The notes below the pieces were generated by a model. That model saw only the letters and a program-made list of their open reading frames with translations, had not been told where the DNA came from and searched no databases. From a virus (Duplodnaviria > Caudoviricetes), in IMG/VR virus record IMGVR_UViG_3300022591_000002: a stretch of DNA of 64,000 nucleotides; one strand, written 5' to 3'. The position numbers and the translations under genes are program-made. Of the stretch, positions 39,630 to 49,650 are shown piece after piece (positions within the stretch are counted from its first letter, which is position 1; every line of letters starts with the position of its first letter).

Positions 39630-42059
39630 ATGGCCGCAGTAACCGGAACCCTAGGTGGTCAACCCATTGTACTAGACAATGCGGCCACTGAAGAAACGCT
39701 AAAACAACTCCTTGCAGTAATGCGAGGGCAATCCAAAGCCGGTGCTACTGCCGGAGGCGGAGGTGCGGGTGCTGGTCTAAATGATCTTCAAAAGAATTTT
39801 GGTAGTCTTGGTAAAACTATGCCAGGTGTTAATAAAGGCATAGGTGATTTTAGCAAAGCACAAAGTCTAGCTAATGCTGGTATGAAAGCCATGGGTAACA
39901 AAATGCCAGTGTACGTGCAGGCTATCATAGGAGTTACACAAGCTCTTACTGAAATGTTTGGCGGGTTAACTAAACTAACCAAGCAGGCCTATGACGGCGA
40001 TGTTAAGATGTCAGACTTCTTTGATGCGTTCAAAGGAATCCCACTTATTGGTGGACTCATTGAAAAGATGGGTGCGCTGGCAAAAATACAAGAAGAGAAT
40101 TTACGTGCATTCAGAGCTATGTCCAAAAGCGGTGTTGGCTTTGAAGGCAGTCTAACCACATTACGAACTAGCGCACTTGCATTAGGAATGACTGTAGATC
40201 AGTTTGCGGCCACGATGAGTCGTAACACAGATGTGTTCCGTATGCTCGGTGGTGATGTTGAAACAGGTGCTAAACAGTTTGTAAAATTTGGTGCGGCACT
40301 TCGCGACAGCCAAGCAGGTAGCAACTTACGTTCATTAGGTATGAGCGCAGATGATAGTGCAAATGCAATGGCCAACTATATTCGTAACCAAGGCGGACTA
40401 ACTGAAAGACAAAAGAAAGACTATGCAGGTGTTGCAAACTCTGTAGCAGAATACGCAAAGCAAACAGATAGACTTGCCAAATTAACTGGTACTAGTGCTG
40501 AAGAAATTGAAAAGAAAATGGCCAAGGAAGCACAAGACGAAGCTTGGCAAGCAACACTACAAGGCATGGACGAGAAAGATCGTGAAGCCGCAAACGAAGC
40601 TCTTAAAGTTGCAATGGCTACCGGTGGACAAGGTGCAGTTGATGCATTAAAAGCCAAAATGATGGGCTTGCCTCCAATGACAGAAGCAGGTCAAAAGTTT
40701 GTTGCAATGAGTGGTAATGCTAGTAAACGTCTAGAAGAAATGCAAGCTGTTACTAAGAGTAATATGAGCGCAGAACAAAAACGTCAAAAGTTAGAAGAGC
40801 TTGGCGCTATGTTACAGTTAGATCGTGCCAGAGATGCAGAAGCTATCGGTATTCAAACTCTACAAGCAATGGCCGCGCAAGGTGATCAAAACGCCATTGC
40901 TATGTTAAAAGCCAGTAACGACATGAAAAAAGCTGGCGTAACAACTTACGAGGGCGCAATAGCTAACCTTAAGAAAGCTACAGATTCACAAAACGCACAA
41001 ATGAAAAGTCAAGCAACAGCAATGGCTGATGCAGAAAATGCTCTAAAGAATCTTGGCAAAGTTATGGATGCGTTTATTGCTCCGTTGTTAGATGTGCTTA
41101 CTCCATTAATGAGTAGCGTGATACAAGGCTTTGCTAATTTTATTAGCGGACCTGTTATGACCAAACTATTAAGTTTTGCGGTAACTGTTGAAAAGACTGT
41201 TAAGTCAGTTATGGAATGGGCTGACAAAGTATTCAGTAAAGAAAATATATTGAAGATTACTAACAATATTGCAGACTTCTTTGCAGGCTTATGGATTGAT
41301 ATTAAACGCGGGCTTGCGGCTAGTCTTGGTAAAGTTGGTGATGCAATCTATAGTGAAGCAGATGCTAAACGTGATAAAGAAGCATTAGCTAAAAAGACAG
41401 CGGCTACCGAAGCCCAACTAACTGCCGAAGGCGAACTACGTAGGAAAGAAGAACAGTTTACTCTAGCCAAGCTAGCTATGAACGGCGAAGCATTGGCCGC
41501 AGAAAAGAAATCAATTAGCGACAAACAAGCAGAAATTAAAAAACTTGGCGATACTGATACTAAAAATATGTCTGCATTAGAAAAAATGCAGTTAGAGCAG
41601 AAACGATCAATGCTTCAGAAAGAAGTAGATGCACAAAATAGTACGTTAGCTAAAGTTGAAGAGATGCGTAAAACCGGAGAAGCAGAGAAGCTTGATAAAG
41701 AGCGTAAAGCACTTGAAGCTACTATTGCAGAAAAGAGTAAAGAAACTACTGCACCCGCAAATCCAGGTACGGAAAAACCAAAATACGCCAACGGTACAGG
41801 TGGATCCGGTGACGTATTACAAGACTTTGGTAAAGGTAAAGATGTTACATTACATGGCGAAGAAGCCGTGTTAAACAAAGAGCAATTAAAGAATTTGATT
41901 GCAGGAACGAGCAAAGGCGGAAATCAAGATGCGCTTGTATCAGCCCTAGAAACGTTAAATATGCAAACAGCGAAACTAATTGCTCTTAATACCGAGCAAG
42001 CAAAGCATCAAAAAGATTTGCTAAACAAGATGACCTGGACAGGCAACTTGTTTGAATAA
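39630..42059 (+). CDS. Tail tape measure protein
   Basis: 809 aa, Ala/Lys/Met-rich helical, amphipathic segments, C-terminal KYANGTGG...TLHGEEAVLN motif; adjacent to chaperone-like genes. Confidence 0.7.
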   Translation: MAAVTGTLGGQPIVLDNAATEETLKQLLAVMRGQSKAGATAGGGGAGAGLNDLQKNFGSLGKTMPGVNKGIGDFSKAQSLANAGMKAMGNKMPVYVQAIIGVTQALTEMFGGLTKLTKQAYDGDVKMSDFFDAFKGIPLIGGLIEKMGALAKIQEENLRAFRAMSKSGVGFEGSLTTLRTSALALGMTVDQFAATMSRNTDVFRMLGGDVETGAKQFVKFGAALRDSQAGSNLRSLGMSADDSANAMANYIRNQGGLTERQKKDYAGVANSVAEYAKQTDRLAKLTGTSAEEIEKKMAKEAQDEAWQATLQGMDEKDREAANEALKVAMATGGQGAVDALKAKMMGLPPMTEAGQKFVAMSGNASKRLEEMQAVTKSNMSAEQKRQKLEELGAMLQLDRARDAEAIGIQTLQAMAAQGDQNAIAMLKASNDMKKAGVTTYEGAIANLKKATDSQNAQMKSQATAMADAENALKNLGKVMDAFIAPLLDVLTPLMSSVIQGFANFISGPVMTKLLSFAVTVEKTVKSVMEWADKVFSKENILKITNNIADFFAGLWIDIKRGLAASLGKVGDAIYSEADAKRDKEALAKKTAATEAQLTAEGELRRKEEQFTLAKLAMNGEALAAEKKSISDKQAEIKKLGDTDTKNMSALEKMQLEQKRSMLQKEVDAQNSTLAKVEEMRKTGEAEKLDKERKALEATIAEKSKETTAPANPGTEKPKYANGTGGSGDVLQDFGKGKDVTLHGEEAVLNKEQLKNLIAGTSKGGNQDALVSALETLNMQTAKLIALNTEQAKHQKDLLNKMTWTGNLFE

Positions 42060-42070
42060 GGAATAATATA

Positions 42071-43822
42071 ATGGCTTGGAAAAAGTATTTTACACCAGTA
42101 TCAACTACAGGGCAGTTAGGCCCAATTAGTGGTGGTAGTGGTGGTGCCACACCTGCAAGATCTAACTACTCAAGCTATCTTCCAGATGTTTACTCAGGAC
42201 ATCCAAACCGTTTAGAACGTTACGGTCAGTACGATACAATGGATACTGATAGTGAAGTTAATGCGGCATTTGATATCCTGGCAGAATTCTGTTCTCAACA
42301 AAACGATGAGAACATGACTCCGTTTCAAATTGAATTTAAAGACAAAGCCACAAGTACAGAAATTAAAGTTATTTCAAAGTACCTACAGCAGTGGACTAAG
42401 TTAAACAAATTTGATACACGCATCTTTAAAATTGTTCGTAACGTATTCAAGTACGGCGACAGTTTCTTTGTACGTGATCCAGAAACCCAATCATGGATGT
42501 ATATTGATCCTGCAAAAGTAGATAAAATTATCGTGAACGAATCAGACGGTAAAAAGCCTGAACAGTATGTAATTCGCGATATTAATCCAAATTTACAATC
42601 ATTAGCCGCAACACAGATACAACCAACAGCTGGTACAAGCGGTGGTGGCTTTGGTGCAAACTTTGCACAAGGTGGCGCACAACAACGTGGCATGACAGGT
42701 AGCTACGGAGCAGGTGGCGCAACACAAGGCGGCTCTGGTAGCAGATTTATGCAACAGCAAAATCAATGGGCTATTGATGCTAAACACGTTATCCATATTA
42801 GTCTAAGTGAAGGCTTAGACAACAACTTCCCATTTGGTAACAGCCTAATGGAAAGCATTTTCAAAGTATACAAGCAGAAAGAATTGCTTGAAGACAGTAT
42901 CATTATCTATCGTGTACAACGTGCTCCTGAGCGTAGAGTGTTTTATATTGACGTAGGTAATATGCCAAGTCACTTGGCCATGGGCTTTGTTGAACGTATC
43001 AAGAACGAAATCAATCAAAGACGTATTCCTAGCGTAACAGGCGGCGGAAATAGTGTAATTGACGCCAGTTATAATCCTCTAAGCATAAATGAAGATTACT
43101 TCTTCCCACAAACTGCTGAAGGTCGTGGGTCTAAGGTAGAAATTCTACCTGGAGGTACAAACTTAGGAGAAATAGATGACTTACGCTATTTTACAAATAA
43201 ACTTTTTAGGGCTTTACGTATTCCGTCAAGCTACTTACCTACCGGTTCAGATGATGGAGGTTCTAACTTCAATGATGGCCGAGTGGGTACCGCTTATATC
43301 CAAGAATTGCGTTTTAACAAGTACTGCGAGAGATTACAGAGTTTACTAAACGGTAACTTTGATACAGAGTTTAAGTTATTCTTAAACAACAAAGGTGTTA
43401 ACATTGACCCTAACATCTTTTCAGTTAAGTTCCAAACTCCGCAAAACTTTGCTAGCTATCGTCAAACAGAAATGGATGCGGCTCGCATCAGCACATTTGC
43501 TAGCCTAGTTGAAGTTCCATTTATCAGTAAGCGTTTTGCTCTAAAACGCTTCTTAGGACTAAGCCAAGAAGAAATGGCAGAAAACGAAGAGCTATGGAAA
43601 GAAGAAAACATCGACTTCAAAGACGAGTTATCTTCAAGCCAAGAACTACGTGGCGCAGGTATTACAGCTGGCGGCATTAGTAGTGACATGGATTCTATGG
43701 GCGAAGCAGATACCGGCGAAGACGGTATGGACCCTGCAGACATGGCACCAGAAGGTGAAGGTATGCCTGGCGCACCGGGTGGAGCTCCTGCGGGAGGTTC
43801 TACTCCAGCACCTACTGTCTAA
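42071..43822 (+). CDS. gp20: Portal vertex protein, T4 gp20-like
   Basis: LLEDSIIIYRVQRAPERRVFYIDVGNMP, EDYFFPQTAEGRGSKVEILPGG, LFRALRIPSS, ELRFNKYCERLQ. Confidence 0.93.
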   Translation: MAWKKYFTPVSTTGQLGPISGGSGGATPARSNYSSYLPDVYSGHPNRLERYGQYDTMDTDSEVNAAFDILAEFCSQQNDENMTPFQIEFKDKATSTEIKVISKYLQQWTKLNKFDTRIFKIVRNVFKYGDSFFVRDPETQSWMYIDPAKVDKIIVNESDGKKPEQYVIRDINPNLQSLAATQIQPTAGTSGGGFGANFAQGGAQQRGMTGSYGAGGATQGGSGSRFMQQQNQWAIDAKHVIHISLSEGLDNNFPFGNSLMESIFKVYKQKELLEDSIIIYRVQRAPERRVFYIDVGNMPSHLAMGFVERIKNEINQRRIPSVTGGGNSVIDASYNPLSINEDYFFPQTAEGRGSKVEILPGGTNLGEIDDLRYFTNKLFRALRIPSSYLPTGSDDGGSNFNDGRVGTAYIQELRFNKYCERLQSLLNGNFDTEFKLFLNNKGVNIDPNIFSVKFQTPQNFASYRQTEMDAARISTFASLVEVPFISKRFALKRFLGLSQEEMAENEELWKEENIDFKDELSSSQELRGAGITAGGISSDMDSMGEADTGEDGMDPADMAPEGEGMPGAPGGAPAGGSTPAPTV

Positions 43823-43838
43823 TTTGGTAAATACTCCT

Positions 43839-44087
43839 ATGCTACTAAACGAGTTTATCTATTTTAACGAAACTGATCGTGATCAAAAAGATCAAGATCG
43901 CTATGATCCCTTTGACGATAAGAGTATCCTAAAGTCTAAGGATCTACGTAAGACTAGATTAACCCTGCGTATGATTAACAAACTACGCAAAGCAGGCGAA
44001 GCACGTGATAAAGAACAAAAAGAAGACCTTGTTCTTGTTCGTCAAATGTACGCTATGCCTGAACCAGAAGCTGGGGCACCGGCTTAA
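43839..44087 (+). CDS. Small head-module protein (82 aa; start revised to MLLNEF at 43839)
   Basis: The ORF-track start overlaps the portal gene. ATG 43839 is 5 nt downstream of TAAATA (43828-43833); contains RKTRLTLRMINKLRK. Confidence 0.65.
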   Translation: MLLNEFIYFNETDRDQKDQDRYDPFDDKSILKSKDLRKTRLTLRMINKLRKAGEARDKEQKEDLVLVRQMYAMPEPEAGAPA

Positions 44088-44178
44088 AATTAAGTTATCT
44101 GATTACTTCGATATCAAGAAACTTAAATATTTTTGCAGAAAGACTTCAAAAGTCGTCAAAACTTGCCCCATCTAAAGT

Positions 44179-44196
44179 CAAAAACGGCCGTTTTTG
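44179..44196. repeat. Perfect 18-bp palindrome CAAAAACGGCCGTTTTTG
   Basis: Read directly in the intergenic region upstream of the head-core operon. Confidence 0.85.
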
Positions 44197-44228
44197 GCCT
44201 ATTTCCCATAAGTAATTAACCTGGCTGT

Positions 44229-44234
44229 TAAATA
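44229..44234 (+). promoter_or_regulatory. TAAATA late promoter for the core-protease-scaffold-capsid operon
   Basis: TAAATA inside GGCTGT...ACAGCC inverted repeat; AAGGAG SD precedes ATG 44286. Confidence 0.6.
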
Positions 44235-44285
44235 TATGCTGACAGCCTTGCCTTATTACGAATACGATTAAAGGAGAACCCGCAA

Positions 44286-45275
44286 ATGTCTAAATTTGAA
44301 CAGTTGCTAGATTTACTTGTTAACGAAGAACATGAAAAAGCTAATGAGCTATTTCACGAGATCGTTGTAGAAAAATCTAGAGAAATATATGAGAACCTAA
44401 TTGCTGAAGAAGCAGAACAGGAAGAAGAAGATACTAAAGAAGAAGACGACAAAGATGAAGTCGAAGAAGCTTTTGGTATGGAAGACGAAGGTGAAGAAAG
44501 CGATGATGGAGAAATGGGTGGCGATGCTACTGATGACTTCGTTAGCGATGTAGAATCACCAGATGACGAATTTGGCGGCGAAGAAGAAGGCGGTGATGAT
44601 ACACCAGCTTCTAAAGCCGATGTGCAAGATCTAGAAGATGCACTAGAAGAATTAAAAGCAGAATTTGAGCGTTTAATGAACGCTGAAGAAGCTGAAGAAG
44701 AAGAAAATCCAGGTGTTCACGGTGATGCGTCCTTAACAGGCGACGAAGGTGAAGAATCTGATGATGCAGAAGATGAAGAAGGTGAAGGCGAAGAAGACGA
44801 ATTTGAAAGTCTTTACAACGAAAGCCGTCAACTAACACGTGAATATCGTGAAAAAGTATCTACACCAGCAATGACTGATGGTGGCGGTGTTGGATCAGGT
44901 AAAGGCGATTTAGCCGGTCAAACTGGTTCAGTAAACTCACGTAGCCCAGTAAGCTCAGGTGCAGGTAAGCCAACAACTTCAGCAAGTGCTAAGAACATTG
45001 CCGCAGGTGGTACAGGTGAAGGTAACAACACTGGTACAAGTCCTAATGCAAAAGGTCCAGCAGGCGTATTGAAATCAGGTGGCGACTTTGTTCCAGCAGG
45101 TACAAAGAACGTAGCTTCTAGTTCAACAGCTAAAATGCAAGATGGTGCAAAACTATCAGCAGTTAGCAAGCCAGCTATGAAGAAAGAAGGTGAAGGTGTT
45201 GGTGCAGGTCGCGGCGATAAAGCTGGTCAGACTGGTTCAGTTGACACACGTAGCCCAACAGACCGTAAGTTTTAA
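44286..45275 (+). CDS. Prohead core protein (gp67/gp68 position): acidic N-half, basic G/S/K-rich C-half
   Basis: Extreme E/D content, position between portal and protease, internal 21-aa repeat. Confidence 0.65.
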   Translation: MSKFEQLLDLLVNEEHEKANELFHEIVVEKSREIYENLIAEEAEQEEEDTKEEDDKDEVEEAFGMEDEGEESDDGEMGGDATDDFVSDVESPDDEFGGEEEGGDDTPASKADVQDLEDALEELKAEFERLMNAEEAEEEENPGVHGDASLTGDEGEESDDAEDEEGEGEEDEFESLYNESRQLTREYREKVSTPAMTDGGGVGSGKGDLAGQTGSVNSRSPVSSGAGKPTTSASAKNIAAGGTGEGNNTGTSPNAKGPAGVLKSGGDFVPAGTKNVASSSTAKMQDGAKLSAVSKPAMKKEGEGVGAGRGDKAGQTGSVDTRSPTDRKF

Positions 45276-45288
45276 TTAGAGAACTTGG

Positions 45289-45918
45289 ATGATAAAATAC
45301 CTAAGAGAAAACCTAAATTTTGATCAAGCTCGTGTAGAATTATACGAGGCGGAAGAAAAAGGTCAGAAGAGCCTATACCTAAAAGGTATTGCTATTCAGG
45401 GCGGAATCCGTAATCAAAATCAACGTGTTTATCCTGTAGGCGAAATCACAAATGCTGTCAAGACATTAAATGATCAGATACAAAACGGTTATTCAGTCTT
45501 AGGCGAAGTTGATCATCCGGATGACCTAAAAGTAAATTTAGACCGTGTTAGTCACATGATCACAGATATGTGGATGGACGGTCCAAACGGATATGGCAAA
45601 ATGAAAATTTTGCCTACTCCAATGGGTAACTTAATCAAAACTATGCTTGAAAGCGGTGTAAAACTTGGAGTCAGTTCACGAGGTAGCGGTAACGTTAACG
45701 AAATGTCTGGCGAAGTATCTGATTTTGAGATTATCACAGTTGATATAGTTGCACAGCCTAGCGCACCAGGCGCTTATCCTACACCGGTTTATGAAGCACT
45801 CATGAATCAACGTGGCGGGATGAAAGCATGGAACGTGGCGACAGAAGTAAAAGAAGATCCAAAGGCCCAGAAGTACATTAAGGAAGCACTCCTTAATGTT
45901 ATCAAAGGTCTAAAATAA
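45289..45918 (+). CDS. gp21: Prohead maturation protease, T4 gp21-like
   Basis: NQNQRVYP, LGEVDHP, VSHMI, LGVSSRGSG, DIVAQPSAPGA. Confidence 0.93.
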   Translation: MIKYLRENLNFDQARVELYEAEEKGQKSLYLKGIAIQGGIRNQNQRVYPVGEITNAVKTLNDQIQNGYSVLGEVDHPDDLKVNLDRVSHMITDMWMDGPNGYGKMKILPTPMGNLIKTMLESGVKLGVSSRGSGNVNEMSGEVSDFEIITVDIVAQPSAPGAYPTPVYEALMNQRGGMKAWNVATEVKEDPKAQKYIKEALLNVIKGLK

Positions 45919-45936
45919 GCCTAAGGAGATAGATAG

Positions 45937-47028
45937 ATGTTGGACGCATTCAAACAACTAGTAGAAAGTGGCATGATGTCTGAGGAAGTAAAATCTCAGA
46001 TTGAAGAAGCTTTCAACGCTAAAATTCAAGAGAATCGCGACCAAGTCACAGCTGAACTACGTGAAGAATTTTCTCAACGATATGCACACGATAAGGGTGT
46101 TATGGTTGAGGCAATCGACAAGATGATCGGCGAAAGATTGGCCGTAGAAATGGCTGAACTTGCAGAAGACAGAAAGGCATTAGCGCAAGCTCAAGCCAAG
46201 TATGCCGCAAAGATGACAGATGACGCTTCAGTAATGGAATCATTTGTTATGAATCAGCTAGCGAAAGAATTAGTTGAATTCCAAAGCGACCGTAAAACAG
46301 TTGCAGAGAATATCAACAAGTTGGAGCAGTTTATTGTTCATGCTCTTGCTAAAGAAATCAAAGAGTTCGCTCAAGACAAACGTGATCTAGCAGAAACGAA
46401 AGTTAAGTTAGTAGCGGGTGCTAAAGAGAAATTTGATGAAGTTAAGAAACAATTCATTAGTCGTGCCGCTAAAGTGGTTGAAGGTACTGTAACACAGAAG
46501 TTGACAACAGAAATCAAGCAATTGAAAGAAGATATCGACTCTGCTCGTACTAACAACTTCGGTCGCAAGATTTTTGAAGCCTTTGCCCAGGAGTTTTCAA
46601 GCTCTTACTTAAATGAAAAATCAGAAACAAGTAAATTGTTAACGATCATTCAAAAGAAAGAACAAGAGATCGCCGAAGCACAACAAGCTCTAAACCAAGT
46701 ACAAACTATTGCAGAATCTAAGGACCGCGAAATTCGTGTTGCTAAAGATTTAATGGAACGTAAAGAAGTTATGAGTGAGTTATTAGCACCTCTAAGTGCT
46801 GACAAAAGAGAGATTATGAAATCATTGTTAGAATCTGTTTCAACACAGAAACTACGTGGTTCATATGACAAATACCTACCAGCGGTTCTAGAAAATAATG
46901 TCCAGAAACCAAAAGCTGTTTACTTAAAAGAAGCAGTCGAGGTAACTGGGGATCGTGAAGCAAAAAGTCAGCCAGAGGTAGGCTTAGATAATATTATAGA
47001 TATCCGCAAACTAGCGGGTCTAAAATAA
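45937..47028 (+). CDS. gp22: Prohead scaffold protein, T4 gp22-like
   Basis: Long coiled-coil, E/K/A-rich protein between protease and MCP. Confidence 0.8.
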   Translation: MLDAFKQLVESGMMSEEVKSQIEEAFNAKIQENRDQVTAELREEFSQRYAHDKGVMVEAIDKMIGERLAVEMAELAEDRKALAQAQAKYAAKMTDDASVMESFVMNQLAKELVEFQSDRKTVAENINKLEQFIVHALAKEIKEFAQDKRDLAETKVKLVAGAKEKFDEVKKQFISRAAKVVEGTVTQKLTTEIKQLKEDIDSARTNNFGRKIFEAFAQEFSSSYLNEKSETSKLLTIIQKKEQEIAEAQQALNQVQTIAESKDREIRVAKDLMERKEVMSELLAPLSADKREIMKSLLESVSTQKLRGSYDKYLPAVLENNVQKPKAVYLKEAVEVTGDREAKSQPEVGLDNIIDIRKLAGLK

Positions 47029-47052
47029 TTAAATTCAAGGAGAAGACATAAA

Positions 47053-48231
47053 ATGTCACAATTATTAAATGAAAGATGGTCAGAGACCAAAGAAGCTCTG
47101 CTTGAAGGCCTACAAGGTAACCGCAAGTCTTCTATGGCAGTTTGCTTAGAAAATACTCGCAAGTACTTGGCTGAAAGCGCAACTGCTGGTGCAACATCCG
47201 CAGGTAACATTGCAACACTTAACCGTGTTATTCTTCCAGTAATCCGTCGTGTTATGCCGACAGTTATTGCGAACGAAATCATCGGCGTTCAGCCAATGAC
47301 AGGTCCAGTTGGTCAAATCCATACTCTACGTGTACGTTACGCAGACAACGGTGACCAAGTTGTAGCAGGTGAAGAGGCATTAAGCCCATTCAAGATTGCG
47401 GCCGCTTACAGTGGTAACAATACTGATGCAACTCCAAAGGCTAACACAACAGCCGCAATGGAAGGTACACCTGGTAAGCGTATGAGCATTCAAATCTTGA
47501 AGGCACCAGTCGAAGCTAAGTCACGCAAGCTATCAGCTCGTTGGACATTCGAAGCCGCTCAAGATGCTCAAGCACAACAAGGTATTGACATCGAAGCAGA
47601 AATCATGGCCGCTTTAGCTCAAGAAATTACAGCTGAAATAGACCAAGAAATCCTAGCTTCATTAAGTGGTTTAGCAACTGTTGAACAAACTTATGACCAG
47701 TCATTAGTTTCTGGTACAGCTACATTCGTTGGTGACGAGCATGCCGCATTGGCAATCCAAATCAACCGTGTTGCAAACTTGATCGCTCAGCGTACACGTC
47801 GTGGTGCGGCTAACTGGGCAGTTGTAAGTAACCAAGCTCTTACAATTCTTCAATCAGCAACTACATCAGCTTTTGCACGTACTACAGAAGGTACATTCGA
47901 AGCACCTACAAACACTAAGTTTGTTGGTACATTGAACAACGCAATGCGTATCTATGTAAACAGCTACATGCCTGATACAGGCCGTGACAACGACCAAGTT
48001 CTTATTGGTTATAAGGGTGCTTCAGAAGCAGACGCTCCAGCGTTCTATTGCCCATATATTCCTCTAATGAGTTCTGGTGTTGTTCTAGATCCAAACACAT
48101 TCGAACCAGTAGTTGGCTTCTTAACACGCTACGGCTATGTTGAGTTGACAAACACAGCGTCTAGCTTAGGCAACGCCGCTGACTACCTAGGTAAGGTGGC
48201 TATTGTTTCTGCAAACGTAAGTTTCAGTTAA
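47053..48231 (+). CDS. gp23: Major capsid protein, T4 gp23-like
   Basis: IIGVQPMTGPVGQIHTLR, KSRKLSARWTFEAAQDAQ, EITAEIDQEI, FYCPYIPL, GFLTRYG. Confidence 0.95.
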   Translation: MSQLLNERWSETKEALLEGLQGNRKSSMAVCLENTRKYLAESATAGATSAGNIATLNRVILPVIRRVMPTVIANEIIGVQPMTGPVGQIHTLRVRYADNGDQVVAGEEALSPFKIAAAYSGNNTDATPKANTTAAMEGTPGKRMSIQILKAPVEAKSRKLSARWTFEAAQDAQAQQGIDIEAEIMAALAQEITAEIDQEILASLSGLATVEQTYDQSLVSGTATFVGDEHAALAIQINRVANLIAQRTRRGAANWAVVSNQALTILQSATTSAFARTTEGTFEAPTNTKFVGTLNNAMRIYVNSYMPDTGRDNDQVLIGYKGASEADAPAFYCPYIPLMSSGVVLDPNTFEPVVGFLTRYGYVELTNTASSLGNAADYLGKVAIVSANVSFS

Positions 48232-48257
48232 TCAGTAGTAGGACTAAGTATCCAAAC

Positions 48258-48282
48258 AAAAACCGCCCTAGGGCGGTTTTTT
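48258..48282. terminator. Bidirectional rho-independent terminator
   Basis: AAAAACCGCCC-TA-GGGCGGTTTTTT between the convergent MCP and endolysin genes. Confidence 0.9.
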
Positions 48283-48298
48283 GTTGACTTAAAAAATA

Positions 48299-48940
48299 TT
48301 AACCTTGACTATCGTCGGCTAAAATATCACAGAAATTATTAAAGTGATCGATACGTTCTTTCATACCTAGTGTACCACCGTTAATACGTTTTGTCATTGT
48401 TTCTAAGTCTTCTTGATCTGCTAACGGATTAAGATTATTTTTGTGCCAGAACCAGCAAGCACTCCATAATGCACCTTCCTTAGTTTCAAACCAATCAGGA
48501 TTTTCTAACAAAGAATCATTTTGATATAGATCATGTGAGCATTGACGATAGTTGTCTTTGCCAGTGATTTGTACAATACCACGTCCGCGGAAACGATATC
48601 CGTCACCGCTTGCTTCAGGACCATTGCCCATACGTCCACCGTAGGCACGATTAGCAATAGCTTCCGGGTTGTGTGCGTATTGTTGCGCTACATCTGCAGG
48701 AAACAGTCTTGGCCATACACGGCTTAGCGTTTCTGCTTTATAGTTTAAGTTCTCATGAACAACTGTAAAGTCCATACTTTCATGAGCACATTGAGCCAAG
48801 AAGGCCGCTACACGCTGTATTGATGTAATACCAAATTGAGGTAATGTTGCCGCAAGCAAAGGATACCATTCGGCAATCTCTTGATTGCGACTTAGGCATT
48901 CTTGTAACTTGCTAGGGGTAAAATTAAATTCAAAGCTCAT
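48299..48940 (-). CDS. GH19 family endolysin (chitinase class I-like lysozyme)
   Basis: AAFLAQCAHES, ENLNY, YGGRMGNG..GDGYRFRGRGIVQITGKDNY, SACWFW, TKRINGG. Confidence 0.9.
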   Translation of the reverse strand: MSFEFNFTPSKLQECLSRNQEIAEWYPLLAATLPQFGITSIQRVAAFLAQCAHESMDFTVVHENLNYKAETLSRVWPRLFPADVAQQYAHNPEAIANRAYGGRMGNGPEASGDGYRFRGRGIVQITGKDNYRQCSHDLYQNDSLLENPDWFETKEGALWSACWFWHKNNLNPLADQEDLETMTKRINGGTLGMKERIDHFNNFCDILADDSQG

Positions 48941-48962
48941 TTTGGCTCTCCTTTTGTATTGT

Positions 48963-48994
48963 TATTTAACTCTTAAACCAAAGTAGGTTAAATA
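48963..48994. promoter_or_regulatory. Divergent pair of TAAATA late promoters
   Basis: TAAATA on - at 48963-48968 (endolysin, AGGAG SD) and on + at 48989-48994. Confidence 0.6.
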
Positions 48995-49072
48995 ATACTG
49001 TTCAAAAAAGAACTTGTTGCGGTTCCCATCCGCGCAGTGGCTAGAACCCACAAACATTAAGGAGAAATTAAA
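48995..49072 (+). promoter_or_regulatory. Structured 5' leader of 49073..49648
   Basis: Hairpins GTTC/GAAC, GCGG/CCGC and GTGG/CCAC, plus alternative GGTTC/GAACC pairing, ending just before AAGGAG. Confidence 0.45.
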
Positions 49073-49648
49073 ATGGCAAGAGGAATGAAAACCGCAAAGA
49101 ATAATACACTAGGTGGCACACAAACTAGTTCAAATATTCAAACAGATCAAGCAATTCAACCGCAAACAGTTACAGTTGCTGATAGTACAAGTACAACAGT
49201 AACAGCGTTTGCTGGTGGTGTAGGTGGCGTAACAGCCGGAACTACTAGTCTTGTAATTCTAATCAATTACAAAGACAAAGATGGCAATGCTTACACAGAT
49301 GGACAAATTATTGCGCAAAAAGGCAGTAGACAGTTCATGGTACAAAGTCAAGCAGGTGGCGCCGCTACATTAAGTCGCGTAGTGTTAACAGCAGTTGCTC
49401 CTGGTAGCTTAACAGCAAGCCAAGGTAGTATCAAAGGTGTTGACAAAGACGGCAATTTGTTTTATGCAAGTCGCATTACAAATAAATTTGTATGGAATGG
49501 CACATATGAAAACTCATCATCAGTGCGTTTTCCATATGCACTAGTTAGTACAGCCGCAATTACTTACATTGACACAACAAGTGGTCCTGTAATTACATCT
49601 CCATCTGGATATGTTTACAGAAAACATGCAGTTGTAGAAGGCTTTTAA
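49073..49648 (+). CDS. Hypothetical virion protein (191 aa)
   Basis: T/G/S-rich beta-type composition; strong SD; own promoter and terminator. Confidence 0.6.
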   Translation: MARGMKTAKNNTLGGTQTSSNIQTDQAIQPQTVTVADSTSTTVTAFAGGVGGVTAGTTSLVILINYKDKDGNAYTDGQIIAQKGSRQFMVQSQAGGAATLSRVVLTAVAPGSLTASQGSIKGVDKDGNLFYASRITNKFVWNGTYENSSSVRFPYALVSTAAITYIDTTSGPVITSPSGYVYRKHAVVEGF

Positions 49649-49650
49649 TT

